Assembly: GCA_051362555.1 (NCBI GenBank) | Contig: JBPQGU010000016.1 | Span: 4,092,001-4,156,000, forward strand | Origin: Lingula anatina | Taxonomy: Eukaryota > Animalia > Brachiopoda | Direction: 5' to 3' | DNA length: 64,000 nucleotides | Part shown: piece by piece, positions 52,401-64,000 of the stretch | Position numbering within the stretch: position 1 is the first letter of the stretch | Layout of the letters: each line of letters starts with the position of its first letter | Position numbers and translations under genes: made by a program | The notes under the pieces: model-generated | Databases searched by the model: none | What the model saw: only the letters and a program-made list of their open reading frames with translations | Told to the model about the DNA's origin: nothing

Positions 52401-55400
52401 TACCACACCTGTCATTCATAAAAAATGTGGAAACGCGCCCGGATCACTTCATTAAAGCCCCCAATTTCAGCTTTAAAGATGGCCAAAAAGCACACCTGAG
52501 AACAGGATTTGGAGAGAGGGGGGGTGGAGAGAGTTTTTGCTCTATTTCTTCCTTAATAATGACACAACCACTCTTCCAGCACTTTATTCTGACTACAAAT
52601 GACCAAACACACCTACCAGACACTATAATGAAGAAAAAAATTTTTCAACCCTACCTGGCCAAAATTGAAGAAAACTGCCATATCCGGACCTTACGAAAAT
52701 CACTCAAAATCACCCAAAAATGACCCGTCACCAAATTTTCCAAAAAGTGATGAAAATCAATCTACCACACCTGTCATTCATAAAAAATGTGGAAACGCGC
52801 CCGGATCACTTCATTAAAGCCCCCAATTTCAGCTTTAAAGATGGCCAAAAAGCACACCTGAGAACAGGATTTGGAGAGAGGGGGGGTGGAGAGAGTTTTT
52901 GCTCTATTTCTTCCTTAATAATGACACAACCACTCTTCCAGCACTTTATTCTGACTACAAATGACCAAACACACCTACCAGACACTATAATGAAGAAAAA
53001 AATTTTTCAACCCTACCTGGCCAAAATTGAAGAAAACTGCCATATCCGGACCTTACGAAAATCACTCAAAATCACCCAAAAATGACCCGTCACCAAATTT
53101 TCCAAAAAGTGATGAAAATCAATCTACCACACCTGTCATTCATAAAAAATGTGGAAACGCGCCCGGATCACTTCATTAAAGCCCCCAATTTCAGCTTTAA
53201 AGATGGCCAAAAAGCACACCTGAGAACAGGATTTGGAGAGAGGGGGGGTGGAGAGAGTTTTTGCTCTATTTCTTCCTTAATAATGACACAACCACTCTTC
53301 CAGCACTTTATTCTGACTACAAATGACCAAACACACCTACCAGACACTATAATGAAGAAAAAAATTTTTCAACCCTACCTGGCCAAAATTGAAGAAAACT
53401 GCCATATCCGGACCTTACGAAAATCACTCAAAATCACCCAAAAATGACCCGTCACCAAATTTTCCAAAAAGTGATGAAAATCAATCTACCACACCTGTCA
53501 TTCATAAAAAATGTGGAAACGCGCCCGGATCACTTCATTAAAGCCCCCAATTTCAGCTTTAAAGATGGCCAAAAAGCACACCTGAGAACAGGATTTGGAG
53601 AGAGGGGGGGTGGAGAGAGTTTTTGCTCTATTTCTTCCTTAATAATGACACAACCACTCTTCCAGCACTTTATTCTGACTACAAATGACCAAACACACCT
53701 ACCAGACACTATAATGAAGAAAAAAATTTTTCAACCCTACCTGGCCAAAATTGAAGAAAACTGCCATATCCGGACCTTACGAAAATCACTCAAAATCACC
53801 CAAAAATGACCCGTCACCAAATTTTCCAAAAAGTGATGAAAATCAATCTACCACACCTGTCATTCATAAAAAATGTGGAAACGCGCCCGGATCACTTCAT
53901 TAAAGCCCCCAATTTCAGCTTTAAAGATGGCCAAAAAGCACACCTGAGAACAGGATTTGGAGAGAGGGGGGGTGGAGAGAGTTTTTGCTCTATTTCTTCC
54001 TTAATAATGACACAACCACTCTTCCAGCACTTTATTCTGACTACAAATGACCAAACACACCTACCAGACACTATAATGAAGAAAAAAATTTTTCAACCCT
54101 ACCTGGCCAAAATTGAAGAAAACTGCCATATCCGGACCTTACGAAAATCACTCAAAATCACCCAAAAATGACCCGTCACCAAATTTTCCAAAAAGTGATG
54201 AAAATCAATCTACCACACCTGTCATTCATAAAAAATGTGGAAACGCGCCCGGATCACTTCATTAAAGCCCCCAATTTCAGCTTTAAAGATGGCCAAAAAG
54301 CACACCTGAGAACAGGATTTGGAGAGAGGGGGGGTGGAGAGAGTTTTTGCTCTATTTCTTCCTTAATAATGACACAACCACTCTTCCAGCACTTTATTCT
54401 GACTACAAATGACCAAACACACCTACCAGACACTATAATGAAGAAAAAAATTTTTCAACCCTACCTGGCCAAAATTGAAGAAAACTGCCATATCCGGACC
54501 TTACGAAAATCACTCAAAATCACCCAAAAATGACCCGTCACCAAATTTTCCAAAAAGTGATGAAAATCAATCTACCACACCTGTCATTCATAAAAAATGT
54601 GGAAACGCGCCCGGATCACTTCATTAAAGCCCCCAATTTCAGCTTTAAAGATGGCCAAAAAGCACACCTGAGAACAGGATTTGGAGAGAGGGGGGGTGGA
54701 GAGAGTTTTTGCTCTATTTCTTCCTTAATAATGACACAACCACTCTTCCAGCACTTTATTCTGACTACAAATGACCAAACACACCTACCAGACACTATAA
54801 TGAAGAAAAAAATTTTTCAACCCTACCTGGCCAAAATTGAAGAAAACTGCCATATCCGGACCTTACGAAAATCACTCAAAATCACCCAAAAATGACCCGT
54901 CACCAAATTTTCCAAAAAGTGATGAAAATCAATCTACCACACCTGTCATTCATAAAAAATGTGGAAACGCGCCCGGATCACTTCATTAAAGCCCCCAATT
55001 TCAGCTTTAAAGATGGCCAAAAAGCACACCTGAGAACAGGATTTGGAGAGAGGGGGGGTGGAGAGAGTTTTTGCTCTATTTCTTCCTTAATAATGACACA
55101 ACCACTCTTCCAGCACTTTATTCTGACTACAAATGACCAAACACACCTACCAGACACTATAATGAAGAAAAAAATTTTTCAACCCTACCTGGCCAAAATT
55201 GAAGAAAACTGCCATATCCGGACCTTACGAAAATCACTCAAAATCACCCAAAAATGACCCGTCACCAAATTTTCCAAAAAGTGATGAAAATCAATCTACC
55301 ACACCTGTCATTCATAAAAAATGTGGAAACGCGCCCGGATCACTTCATTAAAGCCCCCAATTTCAGCTTTAAAGATGGCCAAAAAGCACACCTGAGAACA

Positions 55401-58400
55401 GGATTTGGAGAGAGGGGGGGTGGAGAGAGTTTTTGCTCTATTTCTTCCTTAATAATGACACAACCACTCTTCCAGCACTTTATTCTGACTACAAATGACC
55501 AAACACACCTACCAGACACTATAATGAAGAAAAAAATTTTTCAACCCTACCTGGCCAAAATTGAAGAAAACTGCCATATCCGGACCTTACGAAAATCACT
55601 CAAAATCACCCAAAAATGACCCGTCACCAAATTTTCCAAAAAGTGATGAAAATCAATCTACCACACCTGTCATTCATAAAAAATGTGGAAACGCGCCCGG
55701 ATCACTTCATTAAAGCCCCCAATTTCAGCTTTAAAGATGGCCAAAAAGCACACCTGAGAACAGGATTTGGAGAGAGGGGGGGTGGAGAGAGTTTTTGCTC
55801 TATTTCTTCCTTAATAATGACACAACCACTCTTCCAGCACTTTATTCTGACTACAAATGACCAAACACACCTACCAGACACTATAATGAAGAAAAAAATT
55901 TTTCAACCCTACCTGGCCAAAATTGAAGAAAACTGCCATATCCGGACCTTACGAAAATCACTCAAAATCACCCAAAAATGACCCGTCACCAAATTTTCCA
56001 AAAAGTGATGAAAATCAATCTACCACACCTGTCATTCATAAAAAATGTGGAAACGCGCCCGGATCACTTCATTAAAGCCCCCAATTTCAGCTTTAAAGAT
56101 GGCCAAAAAGCACACCTGAGAACAGGATTTGGAGAGAGGGGGGGTGGAGAGAGTTTTTGCTCTATTTCTTCCTTAATAATGACACAACCACTCTTCCAGC
56201 ACTTTATTCTGACTACAAATGACCAAACACACCTACCAGACACTATAATGAAGAAAAAAATTTTTCAACCCTACCTGGCCAAAATTGAAGAAAACTGCCA
56301 TATCCGGACCTTACGAAAATCACTCAAAATCACCCAAAAATGACCCGTCACCAAATTTTCCAAAAAGTGATGAAAATCAATCTACCACACCTGTCATTCA
56401 TAAAAAATGTGGAAACGCGCCCGGATCACTTCATTAAAGCCCCCAATTTCAGCTTTAAAGATGGCCAAAAAGCACACCTGAGAACAGGATTTGGAGAGAG
56501 GGGGGGTGGAGAGAGTTTTTGCTCTATTTCTTCCTTAATAATGACACAACCACTCTTCCAGCACTTTATTCTGACTACAAATGACCAAACACACCTACCA
56601 GACACTATAATGAAGAAAAAAATTTTTCAACCCTACCTGGCCAAAATTGAAGAAAACTGCCATATCCGGACCTTACGAAAATCACTCAAAATCACCCAAA
56701 AATGACCCGTCACCAAATTTTCCAAAAAGTGATGAAAATCAATCTACCACACCTGTCATTCATAAAAAATGTGGAAACGCGCCCGGATCACTTCATTAAA
56801 GCCCCCAATTTCAGCTTTAAAGATGGCCAAAAAGCACACCTGAGAACAGGATTTGGAGAGAGGGGGGGTGGAGAGAGTTTTTGCTCTATTTCTTCCTTAA
56901 TAATGACACAACCACTCTTCCAGCACTTTATTCTGACTACAAATGACCAAACACACCTACCAGACACTATAATGAAGAAAAAAATTTTTCAACCCTACCT
57001 GGCCAAAATTGAAGAAAACTGCCATATCCGGACCTTACGAAAATCACTCAAAATCACCCAAAAATGACCCGTCACCAAATTTTCCAAAAAGTGATGAAAA
57101 TCAATCTACCACACCTGTCATTCATAAAAAATGTGGAAACGCGCCCGGATCACTTCATTAAAGCCCCCAATTTCAGCTTTAAAGATGGCCAAAAAGCACA
57201 CCTGAGAACAGGATTTGGAGAGAGGGGGGGTGGAGAGAGTTTTTGCTCTATTTCTTCCTTAATAATGACACAACCACTCTTCCAGCACTTTATTCTGACT
57301 ACAAATGACCAAACACACCTACCAGACACTATAATGAAGAAAAAAATTTTTCAACCCTACCTGGCCAAAATTGAAGAAAACTGCCATATCCGGACCTTAC
57401 GAAAATCACTCAAAATCACCCAAAAATGACCCGTCACCAAATTTTCCAAAAAGTGATGAAAATCAATCTACCACACCTGTCATTCATAAAAAATGTGGAA
57501 ACGCGCCCGGATCACTTCATTAAAGCCCCCAATTTCAGCTTTAAAGATGGCCAAAAAGCACACCTGAGAACAGGATTTGGAGAGAGGGGGGGTGGAGAGA
57601 GTTTTTGCTCTATTTCTTCCTTAATAATGACACAACCACTCTTCCAGCACTTTATTCTGACTACAAATGACCAAACACACCTACCAGACACTATAATGAA
57701 GAAAAAAATTTTTCAACCCTACCTGGCCAAAATTGAAGAAAACTGCCATATCCGGACCTTACGAAAATCACTCAAAATCACCCAAAAATGACCCGTCACC
57801 AAATTTTCCAAAAAGTGATGAAAATCAATCTACCACACCTGTCATTCATAAAAAATGTGGAAACGCGCCCGGATCACTTCATTAAAGCCCCCAATTTCAG
57901 CTTTAAAGATGGCCAAAAAGCACACCTGAGAACAGGATTTGGAGAGAGGGGGGGGTGGAGAGAGTTTTTGCTCTATTTCTTCCTTAATAATGACACAACC
58001 ACTCTTCCAGCACTTTATTCTGACTACAAATGACCAAACACACCTACCAGACACTATAATGAAGAAAAAAATTTTTCAACCCTACCTGGCCAAAATTGAA
58101 GAAAACTGCCATATCCGGACCTTACGAAAATCACTCAAAATCACCCAAAAATGACCCGTCACCAAATTTTCCAAAAAGTGATGAAAATCAATCTACCACA
58201 CCTGTCATTCATAAAAAATGTGGAAACGCGCCCGGATCACTTCATTAAAGCCCCCAATTTCAGCTTTAAAGATGGCCAAAAAGCACACCTGAGAACAGGA
58301 TTTGGAGAGAGGGGGGGTGGAGAGAGTTTTTGCTCTATTTCTTCCTTAATAATGACACAACCACTCTTCCAGCACTTTATTCTGACTACAAATGACCAAA

Positions 58401-61400
58401 CACACCTACCAGACACTATAATGAAGAAAAAAATTTTTCAACCCTACCTGGCCAAAATTGAAGAAAACTGCCATATCCGGACCTTACGAAAATCACTCAA
58501 AATCACCCAAAAATGACCCGTCACCAAATTTTCCAAAAAGTGATGAAAATCAATCTACCACACCTGTCATTCATAAAAAATGTGGAAACGCGCCCGGATC
58601 ACTTCATTAAAGCCCCCAATTTCAGCTTTAAAGATGGCCAAAAAGCACACCTGAGAACAGGATTTGGAGAGAGGGGGGGTGGAGAGAGTTTTTGCTCTAT
58701 TTCTTCCTTAATAATGACACAACCACTCTTCCAGCACTTTATTCTGACTACAAATGACCAAACACACCTACCAGACACTATAATGAAGAAAAAAATTTTT
58801 CAACCCTACCTGGCCAAAATTGAAGAAAACTGCCATATCCGGACCTTACGAAAATCACTCAAAATCACCCAAAAATGACCCGTCACCAAATTTTCCAAAA
58901 AGTGATGAAAATCAATCTACCACACCTGTCATTCATAAAAAATGTGGAAACGCGCCCGGATCACTTCATTAAAGCCCCCAATTTCAGCTTTAAAGATGGC
59001 CAAAAAGCACACCTGAGAACAGGATTTGGAGAGAGGGGGGGTGGAGAGAGTTTTTGCTCTATTTCTTCCTTAATAATGACACAACCACTCTTCCAGCACT
59101 TTATTCTGACTACAAATGACCAAACACACCTACCAGACACTATAATGAAGAAAAAAATTTTTCAACCCTACCTGGCCAAAATTGAAGAAAACTGCCATAT
59201 CCGGACCTTACGAAAATCACTCAAAATCACCCAAAAATGACCCGTCACCAAATTTTCCAAAAAGTGATGAAAATCAATCTACCACACCTGTCATTCATAA
59301 AAAATGTGGAAACGCGCCCGGATCACTTCATTAAAGCCCCCAATTTCAGCTTTAAAGATGGCCAAAAAGCACACCTGAGAACAGGATTTGGAGAGAGGGG
59401 GGGTGGAGAGAGTTTTTGCTCTATTTCTTCCTTAATAATGACACAACCACTCTTCCAGCACTTTATTCTGACTACAAATGACCAAACACACCTACCAGAC
59501 ACTATAATGAAGAAAAAAATTTTTCAACCCTACCTGGCCAAAATTGAAGAAAACTGCCATATCCGGACCTTACGAAAATCACTCAAAATCACCCAAAAAT
59601 GACCCGTCACCAAATTTTCCAAAAAGTGATGAAAATCAATCTACCACACCTGTCATTCATAAAAAATGTGGAAACGCGCCCGGATCACTTCATTAAAGCC
59701 CCCAATTTCAGCTTTAAAGATGGCCAAAAAGCACACCTGAGAACAGGATTTGGAGAGAGGGGGGGTGGAGAGAGTTTTTGCTCTATTTCTTCCTTAATAA
59801 TGACACAACCACTCTTCCAGCACTTTATTCTGACTACAAATGACCAAACACACCTACCAGACACTATAATGAAGAAAAAAATTTTTCAACCCTACCTGGC
59901 CAAAATTGAAGAAAACTGCCATATCCGGACCTTACGAAAATCACTCAAAATCACCCAAAAATGACCCGTCACCAAATTTTCCAAAAAGTGATGAAAATCA
60001 ATCTACCACACCTGTCATTCATAAAAAATGTGGAAACGCGCCCGGATCACTTCATTAAAGCCCCCAATTTCAGCTTTAAAGATGGCCAAAAAGCACACCT
60101 GAGAACAGGATTTGGAGAGAGGGGGGGTGGAGAGAGTTTTTGCTCTATTTCTTCCTTAATAATGACACAACCACTCTTCCAGCACTTTATTCTGACTACA
60201 AATGACCAAACACACCTACCAGACACTATAATGAAGAAAAAAATTTTTCAACCCTACCTGGCCAAAATTGAAGAAAACTGCCATATCCGGACCTTACGAA
60301 AATCACTCAAAATCACCCAAAAATGACCCGTCACCAAATTTTCCAAAAAGTGATGAAAATCAATCTACCACACCTGTCATTCATAAAAAATGTGGAAACG
60401 CGCCCGGATCACTTCATTAAAGCCCCCAATTTCAGCTTTAAAGATGGCCAAAAAGCACACCTGAGAACAGGATTTGGAGAGAGGGGGGGTGGAGAGAGTT
60501 TTTGCTCTATTTCTTCCTTAATAATGACACAACCACTCTTCCAGCACTTTATTCTGACTACAAATGACCAAACACACCTACCAGACACTATAATGAAGAA
60601 AAAAATTTTTCAACCCTACCTGGCCAAAATTGAAGAAAACTGCCATATCCGGACCTTACGAAAATCACTCAAAATCACCCAAAAATGACCCGTCACCAAA
60701 TTTTCCAAAAAGTGATGAAAATCAATCTACCACACCTGTCATTCATAAAAAATGTGGAAACGCGCCCGGATCACTTCATTAAAGCCCCCAATTTCAGCTT
60801 TAAAGATGGCCAAAAAGCACACCTGAGAACAGGATTTGGAGAGAGGGGGGGTGGAGAGAGTTTTTGCTCTATTTCTTCCTTAATAATGACACAACCACTC
60901 TTCCAGCACTTTATTCTGACTACAAATGACCAAACACACCTACCAGACACTATAATGAAGAAAAAAATTTTTCAACCCTACCTGGCCAAAATTGAAGAAA
61001 ACTGCCATATCCGGACCTTACGAAAATCACTCAAAATCACCCAAAAATGACCCGTCACCAAATTTTCCAAAAAGTGATGAAAATCAATCTACCACACCTG
61101 TCATTCATAAAAAATGTGGAAACGCGCCCGGATCACTTCATTAAAGCCCCCAATTTCAGCTTTAAAGATGGCCAAAAAGCACACCTGAGAACAGGATTTG
61201 GAGAGAGGGGGGGTGGAGAGAGTTTTTGCTCTATTTCTTCCTTAATAATGACACAACCACTCTTCCAGCACTTTATTCTGACTACAAATGACCAAACACA
61301 CCTACCAGACACTATAATGAAGAAAAAAATTTTTCAACCCTACCTGGCCAAAATTGAAGAAAACTGCCATATCCGGACCTTACGAAAATCACTCAAAATC

Positions 61401-64000
61401 ACCCAAAAATGACCCGTCACCAAATTTTCCAAAAAGTGATGAAAATCAATCTACCACACCTGTCATTCATAAAAAATGTGGAAACGCGCCCGGATCACTT
61501 CATTAAAGCCCCCAATTTCAGCTTTAAAGATGGCCAAAAAGCACACCTGAGAACAGGATTTGGAGAGAGGGGGGGTGGAGAGAGTTTTTGCTCTATTTCT
61601 TCCTTAATAATGACACAACCACTCTTCCAGCACTTTATTCTGACTACAAATGACCAAACACACCTACCAGACACTATAATGAAGAAAAAAATTTTTCAAC
61701 CCTACCTGGCCAAAATTGAAGAAAACTGCCATATCCGGACCTTACGAAAATCACTCAAAATCACCCAAAAATGACCCGTCACCAAATTTTCCAAAAAGTG
61801 ATGAAAATCAATCTACCACACCTGTCATTCATAAAAAATGTGGAAACGCGCCCGGATCACTTCATTAAAGCCCCCAATTTCAGCTTTAAAGATGGCCAAA
61901 AAGCACACCTGAGAACAGGATTTGGAGAGAGGGGGGGTGGAGAGAGTTTTTGCTCTATTTCTTCCTTAATAATGACACAACCACTCTTCCAGCACTTTAT
62001 TCTGACTACAAATGACCAAACACACCTACCAGACACTATAATGAAGAAAAAAATTTTTCAACCCTACCTGGCCAAAATTGAAGAAAACTGCCATATCCGG
62101 ACCTTACGAAAATCACTCAAAATCACCCAAAAATGACCCGTCACCAAATTTTCCAAAAAGTGATGAAAATCAATCTACCACACCTGTCATTCATAAAAAA
62201 TGTGGAAACGCGCCCGGATCACTTCATTAAAGCCCCCAATTTCAGCTTTAAAGATGGCCAAAAAGCACACCTGAGAACAGGATTTGGAGAGAGGGGGGGT
62301 GGAGAGAGTTTTTGCTCTATTTCTTCCTTAATAATGACACAACCACTCTTCCAGCACTTTATTCTGACTACAAATGACCAAACACACCTACCAGACACTA
62401 TAATGAAGAAAAAAATTTTTCAACCCTACCTGGCCAAAATTGAAGAAAACTGCCATATCCGGACCTTACGAAAATCACTCAAAATCACCCAAAAATGACC
62501 CGTCACCAAATTTTCCAAAAAGTGATGAAAATCAATCTACCACACCTGTCATTCATAAAAAATGTGGAAACGCGCCCGGATCACTTCATTAAAGCCCCCA
62601 ATTTCAGCTTTAAAGATGGCCAAAAAGCACACCTGAGAACAGGATTTGGAGAGAGGGGGGGTGGAGAGAGTTTTTGCTCTATTTCTTCCTTAATAATGAC
62701 ACAACCACTCTTCCAGCACTTTATTCTGACTACAAATGACCAAACACACCTACCAGACACTATAATGAAGAAAAAAATTTTTCAACCCTACCTGGCCAAA
62801 ATTGAAGAAAACTGCCATATCCGGACCTTACGAAAATCACTCAAAATCACCCAAAAATGACCCGTCACCAAATTTTCCAAAAAGTGATGAAAATCAATCT
62901 ACCACACCTGTCATTCATAAAAAATGTGGAAACGCGCCCGGATCACTTCATTAAAGCCCCCAATTTCAGCTTTAAAGATGGCCAAAAAGCACACCTGAGA
63001 ACAGGATTTGGAGAGAGGGGGGGTGGAGAGAGTTTTTGCTCTATTTCTTCCTTAATAATGACACAACCACTCTTCCAGCACTTTATTCTGACTACAAATG
63101 ACCAAACACACCTACCAGACACTATAATGAAGAAAAAAATTTTTCAACCCTACCTGGCCAAAATTGAAGAAAACTGCCATATCCGGACCTTACGAAAATC
63201 ACTCAAAATCACCCAAAAATGACCCGTCACCAAATTTTCCAAAAAGTGATGAAAATCAATCTACCACACCTGTCATTCATAAAAAATGTGGAAACGCGCC
63301 CGGATCACTTCATTAAAGCCCCCAATTTCAGCTTTAAAGATGGCCAAAAAGCACACCTGAGAACAGGATTTGGAGAGAGGGGGGGTGGAGAGAGTTTTTG
63401 CTCTATTTCTTCCTTAATAATGACACAACCACTCTTCCAGCACTTTATTCTGACTACAAATGACCAAACACACCTACCAGACACTATAATGAAGAAAAAA
63501 ATTTTTCAACCCTACCTGGCCAAAATTGAAGAAAACTGCCATATCCGGACCTTACGAAAATCACTCAAAATCACCCAAAAATGACCCGTCACCAAATTTT
63601 CCAAAAAGTGATGAAAATCAATCTACCACACCTGTCATTCATAAAAAATGTGGAAACGCGCCCGGATCACTTCATTAAAGCCCCCAATTTCAGCTTTAAA
63701 GATGGCCAAAAAGCACACCTGAGAACAGGATTTGGAGAGAGGGGGGGTGGAGAGAGTTTTTGCTCTATTTCTTCCTTAATAATGACACAACCACTCTTCC
63801 AGCACTTTATTCTGACTACAAATGACCAAACACACCTACCAGACACTATAATGAAGAAAAAAATTTTTCAACCCTACCTGGCCAAAATTGAAGAAAACTG
63901 CCATATCCGGACCTTACGAAAATCACTCAAAATCACCCAAAAATGACCCGTCACCAAATTTTCCAAAAAGTGATGAAAATCAATCTACCACACCTGTCAT
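28478..64000 (+). repeat. Satellite array, subfamily B, 362 bp monomer, ~98 copies, continues beyond window; candidate (peri)centromeric satellite
   Basis: Near-exact 362-bp period (ORF starts 28655, 29017, 29379 ... 63581) with very few variants. The centromeric role is inference from monomer size and homogeneity only. Confidence 0.98.

Noticed and set aside
43460-57960. Extra-G variants spaced 16 and 24 monomers apart, hinting at an 8-mer HOR
   Set aside because: Only three events, all homopolymer length changes prone to sequencing error, with no co-varying SNPs.
28655-63946. ~98 tandem 121-aa ORFs with overlapping ATGA stop/start, resembling a translationally coupled gene array
   Set aside because: The ORF is simply the satellite monomer read on its A/C-rich strand. 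It has no recognisable domain and no room for promoters or UTRs, it is broken in subfamily A, and several B copies are frameshifted.

Overview
Eukaryotic, probably invertebrate, heterochromatin boundary with no intact protein-coding gene. 1-20.5 kb is AT-rich and filled with decayed transposons: two DIRS-order tyrosine-recombinase retrotransposon remnants in convergent orientation, a spliced Kolobok-like transposase pseudogene, a TA-flanked palindromic Tc1 derivative built from two transposase 3' halves, CAGGGGCGGATCC-type MITEs, Helentron-like short elements and a 34-bp minisatellite. From 20523 to the end is one ~362-bp satellite family in two internally near-identical subfamilies. Block A has ~22 copies on the minus strand. 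Block B has ~98 copies on the plus strand and runs off the window. They are roughly 87% identical by eye and meet at a single-base inversion junction at 28478. The repeated ORFs after 20.4 kb are satellite artefacts. The most unusual features are the inversion junction inside a 16-bp palindrome, reuse of the same breakpoint nucleotide at 39512, an incipient trimeric higher-order repeat, and the foldback Tc1. I see no evidence of a new protein-coding system. All identities and counts are manual estimates.
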